From the NCBI GenBank assembly GCA_013239625.1, contig MU053304.1, forward strand, positions 2,356,001 through 2,420,000: a DNA stretch of 64,000 bases, written 5' to 3'. The position numbers and the translations under genes were made by a program. This DNA is from Lama guanicoe (taxonomy: Eukaryota). This document shows, in pieces, positions 23,996 to 37,180 of this stretch. Under the pieces are notes generated by a model. The model had not been told where the DNA came from. It was given only the letters and a program-made list of their open reading frames with translations, and did not search any database. Position 1 is the first letter of the stretch; each line of letters starts with the position of its first letter.

Positions 23996-25974
23996 CCTGA
24001 ATGATGTATTTGGCTTCATGAAGGATAAGAGCCTTATACTATCTAGTCTTCGTTTTCCGTTATTAAGTTTCGTGTTGAAAATGTGATAAATGGTATAAAT
24101 TACGATGTTTCAGATAGATCACCCTTTTGGGGGCATGTCTGGGGCAAGAACCTCTTCCTGCATGAGACACTTTTGTTTCATATCAGTCAATCGCCAAGCA
24201 AGTCCCATAATGTGAGAATCCTGTTCACACACAGCACAGATCGAATCCACAGCATGGAAATCTCTCCTGGCAAGCAAAGCCCAGGCCCCAGCAAGCACAC
24301 AGTCCTCAGTCACAGTCAGTAACACCACTTCAGAGCTGTCCTGGAAGACGGGCCGTCTCTGTAAACAGCGTATGGCAGGTAATCTGTGTGGGGCAGAGCC
24401 TTAAAATGCTTTGCGTTTATTTTCTTTTTTAGTGTCCCTCATTAGGGTGATTTCTCTATTGATCAGCCCTCTCTAGGAACCAAAAAGGAAAACATATCTA
24501 CGATTAGTTTGCATGATTAGCACTGACTGATCAGAGAGAGGAGTGTGAACCTCAGGCTGGATTAGAGACGTTCATAGCATTTGTCCCCATCAGAGGAATT
24601 ACAGCGAGGTAGACGAGCACAACCTCCTTTCCTACAGAGAGCCATGCTGAGCATACTTCCAACTACAAGTAAGTACAGAGTTCAAACGCTGCTTGGCCTC
24701 AGGCCTTGCATCGGGGTGGCGAGTCTGGAGAGGTAGTCGGGGCCTGATGGGGCTGTCTAAGGCAGCCGGACTTCATCCCGGCTACGGGCAGTGTTTAATA
24801 GGTTTGGGGAAAAGTGATAAAATGAGACTTTTCAGTTGAGAAAGAACATGCTGGCAATGGATGAGGAATAGATGGAAGGAAAGCACGAACTTTTACTTTC
24901 TTGAGAGCGCATGCCAGGGGTCTGGACATAGAAAATTTAAAGCACCCCGACGGCAGAGCAAGTTCAGAGCGGACTACATGTTTCAACGGTGGGCTGGGAG
25001 CGCGGAGAGGAGTGTGTGTGCAGCTCTAGACTGGAGAAGGGCTGTCATGATGCCATGCAGGATCTCATAATCTCCCTTGCCTTCTCCTGTGACCGTGGCC
25101 CTTGGGTCTTGGCAGGTCTGAGTCAGAAGCAGCAGAAAGACTGGGGCACCGCCCAGGGTCAGTTCCCTTGGTGCCTGTGTTTGGAAGATGTGCTTATATT
25201 TGTTTTTGCACAAAAGTGTGTCTGGTCTGAGAATTTGCAATAGATGAGGCCATGATGCTGCACTGAAGTGACTTTGCAGAGGAGGAGGTAGGAGGCACGC
25301 GCACTGCGTTTTCATCACCGAAGTCACCTGGTTATGCTCCACTAGTCCCAAAGCTCCCTACAACTTTAAAAACATGTTTTGATAGCATCCCTTTACTCTC
25401 TTCAGTTAAAATGATAGATTGTGTAACCTACCGACACACAGGCATCATTTCAAACCTTCATACGATGCCCTAACTGTACTTTGAAGTAGATGTAATTGGA
25501 AATTTACTCACAGTGTTACATATTTCAACATATAACTAACTGCCTGGGAATGAGTATATTTGAAGATAAAAAGAAAGAAAAAAGAATAAAACTTTATAAA
25601 ATACTCTCTTCCCAAATGAGAGCCACTGCGCAGTCCCAATACTTCCTTTTAGAGATGAGACACCTGTACTGTGGAGGGGAGGGGTGCTGTCACTTCCCTG
25701 GGACACACCACGAGGCAGAGCAGGAGCCCAGGTCCCTCGGCGCAGCACCACTGCTCAGCTGCAGCCCAGTGTCTCCTGAAATAGACTCCTGCAGTAGAAG
25801 CCCCAGGGACGAGCCTCCCCCCCTTACACTGAATAGTCTCCAGAGCAGGAAGAAATATTATGGGCTTCAGATCTTCTCTTTATGTCCATTGGGATGGGGG
25901 GTGGGGCATAAAGGAAGTGGAGAAGTCAGCAAAGCTGCAATCAGCCATATTCCAATGACCTTGGTAGTTCACTT

Positions 25975-26260
25975 CCTTACGTGTTCATTCATTCGTTCAT
26001 TCATTCACTCACCCTGTAATTTTAGGACTATGCTTGCTTTTGTGGAGTTTGTAGCCCAGTGCAGTATATACTAAGTCAGGTGTTGACAAATGCAATGAAT
26101 AAAGAGGGTACTTGTGATTGGATAATGAGGGAAGAATTCTCTGTACAGGAGACATTTAGCTGAATCCTAAATGATGTGATGGAACCAATCAAGCTGACAC
26201 CTGCATTCCAGGCAGGGAGACCAACACGTTGTAAAGACACTGAGGGGGAACAGAACTTGT
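25975..26260 (-). mobile_element. L2 3' fragment
   Basis: 'ttcattcattcgttcattcattcac' and 'aggagacatttagctgaatcctaa...cattccaggcagggagacc'. Confidence 0.65.
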
Positions 26261-27569
26261 CACTGATAAAGGCAAGTGCCAGAGTAAAGGAGTTGATACC
26301 ATGGTCTGCTCTTTTTCCTGCCCCTCCTCCACGCTTGAGCATATGACCCAGTTTTGGCTATTTATATCCTCTTCCTACAGACTTTGAAACTAAGACCTTC
26401 TGGGCCAGCCTGGGTGGAGCCTGCTTTTCCAAAAACTAGTTGTGCAATTTTCTGTTTGACTAAATGAGTGCCCGAAGACCATTCCAACAACTTATGTTTG
26501 TGCTTAAGTTAGCCAAGCTGATTCTGGTTTTTTTACAACACAATTGCTAAAAAATTAACTGACTGCTGTACTTAGCTCATCTTTCATGGTGATACCGATA
26601 GATAACTGAGATTAACTTCATCCACTGGAAAATAGAAAAGAGTAGTTGCACACCATATTATTGGACTAGATGGAAGAGGTTGGTTCAGCACAACAAACAT
26701 TAGCAAAATCATCATCATCAAATAATAATCTTAACCCACCAATAACCACCCTTCAAGATTTGTTACCACTTTACCACAATTTGGGCACTTTGTAAACTTC
26801 GCTTCTATTGGCCTGCTCTATATTAAGTGGCAAGAAGTTTTTTTTTAGAGCTGGGTCATCTGTGCACTAGACTTGTTTTCTGTGAAAATGCCAGCCAAAT
26901 ATTCAAAGGCAAATTGAACCAATTAAGCATATAATAGGCCAAATTTATCCTAGGAGGCCTGTCGTGCTCAAGAGATGATTCGGTTGCATTTTACTTAGCA
27001 AAAAATGATTGTTAAGACCATACAACAAAATGTCAGATGAATCTTCTTTGGAAGATACTCAGAGGCCCAGTGCCCAGCAGAGACGTGTGCAGTGGCTTGG
27101 TGTGCGGGCAAGGTCTTCTGCAGTCGCTGGATATGCTTGGAGTACTTTCTAAGAGAATCACTGGAAATGCACCAAGAGCTTTTTAAAAGCAAATTTCTAA
27201 ATCATTATTTAAAGTAATATTTTAAATTCCCACATACGCTTTGGGAAGCAGTCATTTTTATACCCAAATTATCGTTCTAATTTTGTCTTTTTTTTAAGCT
27301 TTCTTGATTTAACACCTTTCTTTTCCCTACTTCTGTATAGTCTTTTTTAAAGCTAAGAACCACCTTTTCTTTTATTTTCTTATTTCCTTCTTCATTGTTG
27401 GTTCCCTGGGTTTAAGTTGCTCTGGGGTGTTCTACCATAAGTAATAGAACAAAGTATGTTCACTTTGCAACATTTGGTTTCCAGTTTCCTTTAATTTATG
27501 ACTCTCCAGTAGCATAAACATTTCTCTTGCTAATTTTTTAAATTGGTTTACATCTTTCTCTGAAAATAA

Positions 27570-27780
27570 ATGTATACTCCAAAGCATCTGCACCATTTTA
27601 CATTTCCATCAGCATTAAGTGGGGGTTCCAATTTCTTCCCATCTTTGTCAACACTTATTATTGTCTGTCTTTTGATTACAGCCATCCTAGTAGATGTGAA
27701 GGAATATTACTTCATTTTGATTTATGTTTTCCTGATGACTAACAATGTTGAAAATCTTTTCATGTGCACTTGCTGACTCT
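27570..27780 (-). mobile_element. L1M fragment
   Basis: 'ctgcaccattttacatttccatcagca...gccatcctagtagatgtgaa...ctgatgactaacaatgttgaaaatcttttcatgtgc'. Confidence 0.85.
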
Positions 27781-27794
27781 TTGGAATTTTTGGT

Positions 27795-28080
27795 CTAATT
27801 TCACCTTCTCAGGGAGGTCTGTGATGAACACTCTATTAAAAACTTCTAATAGCCCCTAACTCCTATATTTTCAACCATCTTTTTATATAGAATTTGTCAT
27901 CACCTCAAATACTACACGATTTATCTATTATATTCATATTCATGTGTGACTTCTTCACTTCACTCTGACCCAATTGTGAATAATCAGCAAAAGCAGGGAT
28001 CTTTGCTTCAGTCATTGATTATATTCTAAGTGCCTAGAAAAGTCTCTCAATAAATATTTATAGAATAATGAGTGAATGGA
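27795..28080 (+). mobile_element. L2 3' end
   Basis: 'agcagggatctttgc...aagtgcctagaaaagtctctcaataaatatttatagaataatgagtgaatg'. Confidence 0.75.
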
Positions 28081-30239
28081 GAGAATGGAGACTGAGTGGA
28101 ATAACCGTTGCTTTTGCCTCCTTTTCATGGGTAAACTCTTTGGGCTTGTCCATTTTTAAAACTGATGTTTCTGGACTCCCTTATCAAAGGTGTTTAAGAA
28201 CACGTCTAGAACACATGAACATCTTAAGAATAATTTTAAAAAGAGTCTCTGGAAGTTTCTCTTTTGTATCTTTGACTCTTCGTACCTGTGACTTGGTAAC
28301 AAGATGACTAGTAGACTGACAAGGATTTTTCATTTCCATTGAAACCATACCAAGACTGACAACCCTGAACTGTCATTTTTACCTTAGAGGTGAGGCATTG
28401 TATTTATATAATTAAAACATTCATTAGAAACTATTTGTCGGTAAGGGCAAAAATGGAGACAGAGTTGGGAAAGATAGCACTTATAAACTGGCTATGAATA
28501 CCAGAACTTAGAATAAAATGCTGTTCACTGGCCAGTGTCTCCGTCTGTATGGACTTGCAGATGACGTAGTATTGCATGGGCTCAGATGGTGTGGCACTTA
28601 AGCAGCTATACATTTCAGTACATTCTTCTAACGCACAATACTTTTCCGTATGAACCTACTGCAGTGAACACTGGTGTTTATATGGAAACACATGCATCCT
28701 AAAAATAGTGATGACTACCTTGTGGAAGTAATAGCCATCTTCTAAGTAAAATTCTTGATGACTGTTTGATGCTGTTAGGAAGAAAACATTTCTTTCCCTC
28801 ATAACAGAGAACAGATTATTTATAATCAGTTTATTCATGAGAATGTCTTTCATCTTCTGTACACATTTATGAGGATAATAGCTTTTTGGAGGGGTACTGT
28901 GTATTTTTTAAACATCTTCTTTGGCATAGTCATACTTATGTGCTGCTTGAACTTGTGAACTCAGCTGACTTATCTATCCAGCATACTTTGCCAGGCTCTT
29001 TTGTTAGCATTTTAGTTTTGGGATTAGAATAAAACAAAAAAATTAATTTTAATCTCAGAGATGTAATGCTCTATGGGAAAAAGAAACAGAGTGCTGTGAC
29101 AAGCAAGGTACTTGGAATTCTTGCTACCAAAATAAATATCCAACAAAAAAAAATACAGTTTCAGATTTCAATGGTCAAATCCTCATTCACCTGTGGTTTT
29201 TCTCTGATCATCAACATCAACTTTTCAGTGTAAAGAATAGAGTGAGAGCTATAGTGCAGGATAACTGGTGGAGAAATAGTTACTGATGGGAAGTCCTGAC
29301 CAAGTGGGCTTATAAGTGAATCCTGTAAGTCTGAAGTCAGACATTGTTATCTAGAGTTACAAAGCACAAGACTCAAGGATGAAAGACTAGTCAATCTCCC
29401 TTCCCCAGATGCAATGTGGGTCTGGATTTAGAGGAGCCATCTGACCTCAGGGGTGTAATCCAACTTTTATCCTTTGTGTTCAGTGGCAACACCAAGTTGG
29501 GAAACTTTGAATAAACAATTGAGAAATTAAGTAAGCACTACAGTTACAAAAGTCACAGTTAGGCAAAATTCTCCAATCTTGGGAACTTTTTGCTACTCCG
29601 CTGCACTCATTTGCTATCTGGTTAGCATCCTTAAAACTTTTAAGAACACCAAGTAGGAACACATTGTAAGCAATGTTTATCTTAATATCTGTGTGTTCAC
29701 ATACTTAATGATTTGAGTGTTGCCATGACTGATGACGGCTGCCAACATTTCCCCAGTCCCTACCACCAAATAGTTTTATCTTTATTCCACAGCATCTTGA
29801 CCAGACCCATGCCTGATCAACCAATATTATTTTCCTTTCTTGTAGGGACTTCATCCTGATCTTACTTGGTTATTGCAGTGTGACGTGCCTTTTGAATAGA
29901 GGTTAAACCAGCCTCCTCTTATTGTACCAAGTGCTGGAGAGAAAACAGGGAGTTAACTCAGTCCAGTTCAATTTATATTTCCTTATCTCTTGCTGAAGGC
30001 AAAATATGTCTAGTCCTTTGGGAAATAAAGTATCAGATGTTATCTGTGGTGGCCCTGGTATGTTATTTTACCTTGTTTCTAAGGATGGGATATTGTGGCA
30101 AGGTGTAGAGAATGTGAATCTCCCAAAATACTAATCTTCATTTTAGTTTCTACTGTAGCTTTTCTTCTCTTCATAAGCTTATGGCATTTAAAGTTACTTT
30201 TCTCATATTTTCCTTCTTGTTCAGTAGTTTATTTCAATG

Positions 30240-32020
30240 GTCTGTGACATATTTTCAAAGGGGGTCTAACATCTCCATCTGATGATCTCTTTGGTGATGT
30301 GACATTCTTGCTTTCACATTCATGGGTAGAATCTAAATCCTTTCCCTTCAAAACTGGGCTAGACTCAGATACTCCTTTTGAATTCTATTTATAGAAAAAA
30401 CATTGTCAAAATATATAAGATCAAAGATTACAATAGGCAATAGGATACGGTGGAAGTTAAGACTGCACGACTTTCAAGACTAGGTCAGCAAAGTATTAGC
30501 TCTTCTATTTGAGTCTCTTGAAATGTTTCCTCTCCTGATGTTTCTTCCTGAAACCCAGCTTTTCTGTTTCAAGAAGGCCCAACTACATGGAGCAGCCACG
30601 TACAGGTGTTCCAGTAAACAACCCTAACTGGGGCCAGCCTTCTGGCCACTGTACAGCTGTCAGACATCTCACTGAAGTAGCCTTCAAATGATTCCTGTGC
30701 TTGGCCATTTGAGTCACTCCTAGTGAACAGAATATTCTCAGCTGTGGGCCACATATCATGAGCAGTGAAGAGTCACCCCTTCTGTGCCCTTCCTGAATTC
30801 ATGACCACAGGATTTGTGAGCATATCAAATGGTTGTTGCTTTCTGTCACAATATTTTATGAGTGGTTTTAACACAGCAATAGATAATTGCAGCAGAATCT
30901 GGTACCAAGAGCAGGGTGTTCCCATAACAAAAACTTAAAACATGTCATTGTCTTTGGGATTAGGTTGCAAATGGAAAATGAAAGGGTTTTGAGGCTTCTG
31001 TTAAGAAAATTTGGAAGAACATCAAAGAGGCTATTAATGAAAGTTGGAACATCGGTAAAATAATCATTGTGTTATGCAGACTGGAGAAAAGTTGATGACA
31101 CAGTTGAGTGTTCAGATTATCATGTGGAGATACAGAAAATAGAAAATAAGCCTAAGGAATTGGTGGATTTTCTAATGAAATTTCCAAACAGAATATACAA
31201 AGTACCAACTGGCTTCTCTCTTAGTCATGCATCAAAGGTGTAGAAAAGAGAGATGAGGTAAAAAGGGAAATATTTAGTTTTCAAGCAAAATTTAGTAGAA
31301 ATACAAAAAAATGACTTTAGGTTTTAGTGGAAATATTTTTAAAAACCCATACATTTTGGAAAACTTACTTGACTTCATTATCAGCCTCTCAAGATGGCAA
31401 AAGAATTTCAAAGAAAAGACCTCATGGCAAAGGTCAAATTCAGGGCACTGTCAAGAAAATAAGAGTCTTGGGGGTAAAAAGGAAGCCCATGGTGTGACTG
31501 TGAAACCTTCTGTAAACTATAAAAAGGACTTAAGCTGATGCCTCAGGGAGCTTTTCAGATGGCATCTCCTCCTAAGCATCTAAATGATGTATCTCACACT
31601 GTCTGTTAAACTATAGGGTTTTTAAGAATCTAAGGGAATTATTCCACTGCAGCTTCACAAGGGGCCCTGAATAAAGAAAGTGTATCTCAAAAAGAGATTC
31701 TTGGATGTTAATTTTTTGAATGTTTGGAACAATGAAAGGTAATTCTTAGAAATCCCATGAAGTTTTAAAGGAATTACATTGGCAAGAAACGCCATTAACA
31801 CGGGCTAAAAGGGATAGAGGCTGTACAAAATGAGAAGTATTTGATATCTTTACTTTCACAAGCAGGAAATAGGATTAAACAAATACACAAACAAAACAAA
31901 ACAAAACAAAAACTCCTCTCTCAAATACAGGCTATTTTTCAAGGCAAAGGCAGGATGACCCAGAGCCTGGACCCAAGATCCCAGAGGGCAGAGCCAAGAG
32001 ACACAGGAACAGAGGCAGAA
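30240..32020 (+). mobile_element. MaLR (MLT1G/H-like) LTR plus adjoining internal sequence
   Basis: The LTR ends with 'acacagcaatagataattgcagca' (~30895), directly followed by the MLT-int start 'gaatctggtaccaagagcagggtgttcccataacaaaaacttaaaacatgt'. Confidence 0.75.
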
Positions 32021-32446
32021 CAATGTATGCTTTTATTGGGCAAGTTTCCACCTGACAGTCTGGGCAGGTGCCCTCTTAAGTGGCTTTGAAGGAACAAGGA
32101 CTGAGGAAGGGACATGTTTACTGGCTTAGAGGATTCACCGTTTCAAGGTCTGGATCTCACTCCTTTTCAAAGGTTCATAAATTAAACTCTGAGTGTTCGC
32201 AGGGAATAGTTCCGTCTTCCAGAGGCAGACATAACGTTAGCTGAATCTGATATATTAATTCATAAAACCAATATTCTGATTTATTAGTTTATAATTAGAA
32301 ATCACTGTCAGTGGAAATCAGATGCTCAAAGACTCTATGATCAGACAGTTCTCTCTCTATTGGCAAAATCTTTCTCACAATAATATAAGGCATGATTTGA
32401 AGTCTCCTTAATGAGGTTAAATCAGGAAAAAATACATGTGTGATTG

Positions 32447-33078
32447 TGATGCAGGAAAAACGGGTGTGGGGCATGAAGACGGCTGTGTCCCAGGTTTTGG
32501 TAGAGCCCCTGAGACGTGCTCCACCAAGTGTGGGTCCTTGGCTTCACACAGGAAAGAATTTAAGAGTGAGCCACAGTTGAATAAAGGTAGATTTATTCAG
32601 AGAGATACATCGAAAGGCAAGAGAAAGGCCATGAGGTGTGGGGGTTGGGTGCTCAGGTTAGAGTAAAAGTAGGTGCACACTCCATAGACAGAGTGCGGGC
32701 CATCTCAGAAGAGGGAGAGAGAGAGAGAGAGTGGCTGCGACGCTCCCTGTTGCCCGTTTTTATGGGCTCAGTGGCTTCATATGTTAGTAAGTGGAAGGAC
32801 CAGTCTAACTACCCTGGGAAAGGGGCTGGGATTGCCAGGAAGTTGGCCGTTTCCCACTCTTTGACCTTTTGTGGCTAGCCTTGGGACTGCCGTGGTGCCT
32901 GTGGGCATGTTATTTACCATGTTAATATATTACAGTGGGCGTATAATGAAGCTCAAGGAAGTCAAATCTCCCACCACCTTGAGCCTCAAGGCCTCCTGGG
33001 GGCTGGATCCTCAGGCATCCTGATGTTAATTGTTGTATTGTTCCTTGAATGGCTGTGCCCTGCCCGCTTCCTGTCTCA
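32447..33078 (-). mobile_element. ERV1-type solo LTR
   Basis: TG...CA ends (tgatgcagg ... cctgtctca); 'ggtccttggcttcacacaggaaagaatttaagagtgagcc...tttatt' (polyA signal on - strand); GC/CpG-richer than its flanks; TSD unclear. Confidence 0.8.
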
Positions 33079-34445
33079 GCTGGATGGAATTAATTAGTGG
33101 GCTGAATAGACAGCGACTTCAGGCTTCATCTCATTTTATAATCTCTTAACAGGGGTGGTTTTACACTGTCCACTGGGCTGTAGCTCCTGGTCATCATCTG
33201 AATATCATCTCAGCATTGGCAATGCCTGCGAAAAGGACTCAAAAGTGGAAACTACAAGGTTAGGGCTTCCTTCTCTCTGTGCTGTGCTTGAGTGGAAGCC
33301 GAGGGTGTTGCCCCCTGCTATTTTCCTTCGCTCTGCCTGGCTCATCATATTCCCCTACTGGTTAAAACATTCTTCTTTTAGATGTAGGAATAAAATCGAT
33401 CAGGCTCCATTGAAGTCTTTCATATCTGGAGACCAGTTTGTATTGTTAAAACGCATTTACATTTGTATTTTTTTTTAATTTTGTGTACTTGAATAATACT
33501 CGAAAACTTTCGTTCTCTTGCTGTCCATACTATTCTAGGAAATGATCCCTGTATCTATGATCCATTGTGCCTATGAAGTTCTCTGTCCTTTATAAATATT
33601 AATTCAGATGCAATGTCATAACACACTAAAACTTTCCCTAGTAACCCGGCATTCTGTAAATTTTCTGAGAAGTCTATGCCCACGAATTATTCCTTATTTC
33701 TTCTTTAATCAAGTCAACCATTGGTACAGTAATGATACTGGCATGTCTTGCTTTTTCAAATTGACTCAGTTCGTTGGGATTTTGCCATATCTACAGTGAA
33801 ACTTTATTTTCCAAACCCTTTTATTTATAAGCATTGGAAATCCACTTTCAAGTAGATATTAAAAAGAGGAGTTTATTGTTGCTTTTGTAACTGACAGCTT
33901 GGTCCTGGGCCTCGGATTCTATCATTGCAATACTGGATAGTCCTGCTTTTTTATTTCATTGATCTCATTTGCTGATAGTATAAATGACTTCATTCATGTA
34001 GCTTTGGAAGATGATTCAAAAGAGTCCCAAGTTACATCATCTTTATGGCCTCATATTTTAGACGAAGAACAAAGTTATCTCTCCCAGTATGCATACATAA
34101 TCAAAGTTTTGAAACTTGGTCTTATCATTGAGCTAATTTTTCTTTTACTGACTTGTAGGATGGAATGCTTTAATCGGCCTGTGTAGGCTGCTTGTGGATT
34201 ATTGGAAGGCAAACTATCAGAGCCACAGTTTCCCAAAGGCAGGCTGGATTTTTACCAGCTGAATAGTAAATGACACCTGGGAATGATATTAACAGATAGC
34301 CACATATTTATACAAATACGCTATGCCCTATAATGGTTACAAAGGCACTTACAATTTCAGCTTTTGCCCTATGTATGTGCGATAATGTATAAAGTAATCA
34401 CAATTATCTGAAAACATAATATGTGAGCAAAGCAAAGTTCTGTTG

Positions 34446-34655
34446 TAGGGACTGGCAAACTATAGCTCATGGGCCAAGTCTGGCTCCCTGCCCGTTTTAG
34501 TAAGTAAAGTTGTGTTGGAAGACAGCCACACTTGTTACTTCGCTGTCTCTGGCTGCTTTCTCTCTACAACAGGTTAGGTGCTTGTGATAGACATCATCTG
34601 GCCTGCAAAGCTAAACATATTTACTGTCTGGCCCTTTACAGGGAAAGTTTGCTGT
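34446..34655 (+). mobile_element. MER58A-like hAT-Charlie MITE
   Basis: 'ggcaaactatagctcatgggccaagtctggc...tggcctgcaaagctaaacatatttactgtctggccctttacagggaaagtttgc'. Confidence 0.88.
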
Positions 34656-35083
34656 ATTCTTCTATTAGAAGGTTTTTCTTGATCAATTGAGTAATCTGTA
34701 ACCAGTAAATAAGATTAGAAAGAGGCAGTTGATTGGTTTAAGCGGCTGATTCAGGAGAGGTAATGGACATATTTTATGTCTTCTACAGCTACTCTCTCTT
34801 CAGGTTCGTCTGGATAAACAGGTTAATTTATCAAGGAGAACATTTGTTCTTTCTCCCTCTCCCATCTCAGATAACAAGTCTGTTCTGAGACATTTCCAGA
34901 AAGGGACCAATGGATTGGGAGTAGGAATTTTCTGAATATTGCCACGTGCAGAGAGAGGACGTAGAGACACTTCGGTGGGGTTTCAGATGATATCATCAAT
35001 AACATCGTCTGGGGATGAGGCAGAACTGAAATGGCATGTGGAATTTGTGAATTCATTAGATTCCACTTTACCAGTTAACTTCA

Positions 35084-35490
35084 TGTCTTAGTCAGCTTGG
35101 GCTGCTGTAACGGAATACCCTAGGATGGGTAGATTAAACAACAAACATTTATTATTATGGTTTGGGAAGCTAGAAGTCCAAGATCAAGGGGCCAGAAAGG
35201 TAGATTTCACCCTGAGACCTCTGCCTTTAGCCTGTAGGCAGCCATCATCATGTTTCTGTGCTCACATGATCTATTCTTTCTGTTTGGGCAGAAAGAGAGA
35301 GAACAAGTTCTCTGGTGTCTCTTCATTTAAGGGTACTCATCCCATCATTAGGGCCCGACCTCATGACCTCATATAACCCTTATTATCTTCACAAGGCCCC
35401 TTCCCCACATACCATCACATGGGGGCTTAAATCTCCAACATATTAATTATTAGACTGGGGAAGGGGAATGCAAGCATTCAGTCCATAATA
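35084..35490 (-). mobile_element. MaLR solo LTR (MLT1A/B-like)
   Basis: 'tgtcttagtcagcttgggctgctgtaacggaatacc...gaagtccaagatcaagg...cattcagtccata'. Confidence 0.88.
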
Positions 35491-35699
35491 TTTCCAGTGT
35501 CAAAATATTGTATGTGCATTCATGTGACTGGTGGTGATCCATGGTCAGAAAAAAATGGAGAGAAAATTATTTCAATGGATATGTATTGAACTCATTTGAT
35601 TTTTTAGTTTTCATTCTCCACTAGTATACATTTCTTGACCTCGAAGGTCCACAGTGAAAATCATAGTTTTTCAATCCAATTTAGTGCACTCAGAAAATA

Positions 35700-36880
35700 A
35701 TATATTCAGCCTGTAATAAAAACTAGCAATTTAGAAGTCGTCCTTAATATTTCCTTCTCACTTCTGCCAAGTCTTGTCAATTTTGCATCCAAAATATATT
35801 TCAAATCCACCCATAATTCACTATCTCCATCATCACCACCCTGGTTAATGAAACCATAAAGCCATCTCTTGTCTATGTTACTTGCAATAGTCCCGACTAC
35901 CCTCTCTCCCCTCATTCTTGTGATTCCCATTTGTTTGTCTGCTGAGCAATCAGAGTAAGTTTTCAAAACATGTCAAAAATATCTGATTATTTTACCTGAC
36001 TACTGCAAATGCTGCTTCGACTGCTCATTGCTCTTCAGCGCTGAGCGTGGTCTTCTAGGTCCTGCATTGTCTGCCTCCACCTGCCCTTGCAGCCTCCTGC
36101 AGTCCTTACTCTCCAGTCACACTGCCTATCTCCCTGTTCCTTAAAAAGTCACAACTCTTCCCTTTCCTCCCTCCGCTTTCCTTTCTTCCCTATTGTCTTA
36201 GTCTGTTCAGGCTGCTATAACAAAATGCCATAAACTAGGTAGCTTACAAACTATGGAAATTTATTTCTCAGAGTTCTGGAAGCTGGGAAAGCCAAGATCA
36301 AGGTGCTGGCAGATTCAGTGTCTGGTGAGGCCCAGATTTCATCACTGACAGTTTCTTTTCACTGTAACTTCACACGAGGGAGGAGGTGAAGGAGCTCTCT
36401 GGGACCTCTTTTATAAGGACACAATCCCATTCATGACCTATGTACCCCCCAAAGACTTCACCTCAAAGTGCCGTCACACTGGGAATTAAGCTTTCAACTC
36501 ATGAACTGGGCTGGGGTGAGGGGACACAAACTCTCACTCTGTAGCACCTAACCACTTCTATCTGCATGATCTCCCACGCTCATTCTCAACTCAAGGTCTT
36601 TGCCCTTATAGTTCTCTCTGCCTGGAAAACCCAGATTTTCATGAGGTGGACTTGTTCTTGATGTTCAATTTTGGACCAAATATTGTTACCTTACAGAAGT
36701 CTTTCTCAACTAACCACTCACTGTCTACTATATAATCCAGGTTCATTTTCCTACTAACACATCTCTTCCTTATTTTCTTGCTCATTTGTTTCTTATTTCT
36801 TGTCTGTCTTCCTAACTAGAGAGAACAATGTGACATGTATCCTCGGTGTCCAGCACGATGCAAAACTGAGTAAATGGATG
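35700..36880 (+). mobile_element. L2 fragments interrupted by an MLT1A LTR
   Basis: 'catcaccaccctgg...ttgcaatagtcccgac', 'gttctctctgcctggaaa', 'gtgtccagcacgatgc...gtaaatggatga'. Confidence 0.65.
36194..36547 (-). mobile_element. MaLR solo LTR (MLT1A-like)
   Basis: 'tgtcttagtctgttcaggctgctataacaaaatgccataaactagg...ccaagatcaaggtgctggcagattcagtgtctggtgagg...ctgtagca'. Confidence 0.9.
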
Positions 36881-37009
36881 AAAACGTTAAGATGAAAACA
36901 CGAAATAGCATTGTCTCCCCCACCTGATTTTAAAAAAAAAATTCACACTTTATACGAAGTCAATATAATTGAGTAATTAATACATATTCTGAAACAAGTA
37001 GCTGTGTTG

Positions 37010-37180
37010 AAACCTGGCTCTGCCACTTACTATACAATCTCAGATTCACCCTTGAATGATTTTTCCATATTTTTTAAAAATGGGTATAATATCTACCTTG
37101 TAAGGTTGTTATGAAAATCATCTAAGTTATCCTAAGTAATGAACTGAGAATATCACCTGGCACATGGCCAGCTCTCAGTA
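37010..37180 (+). mobile_element. MIR SINE fragment
   Basis: 'cctggctctgccacttact...aaaatgggtataatatctaccttgtaaggttgttatga'. Confidence 0.75.

Noticed and set aside
24637..24675. Micro-exon-like cctacag...caa|gtaagt
   Set aside because: Isolated, very short, with no supporting context.
25496..26074. 192-aa ORF
   Set aside because: Non-ATG start, runs into an L2 tail, no recognisable homology.
28700..28850. Faint resemblance of the minus-strand peptide to an ADAM prodomain
   Set aside because: Only a few scattered residues match; not supportable without an alignment statistic.
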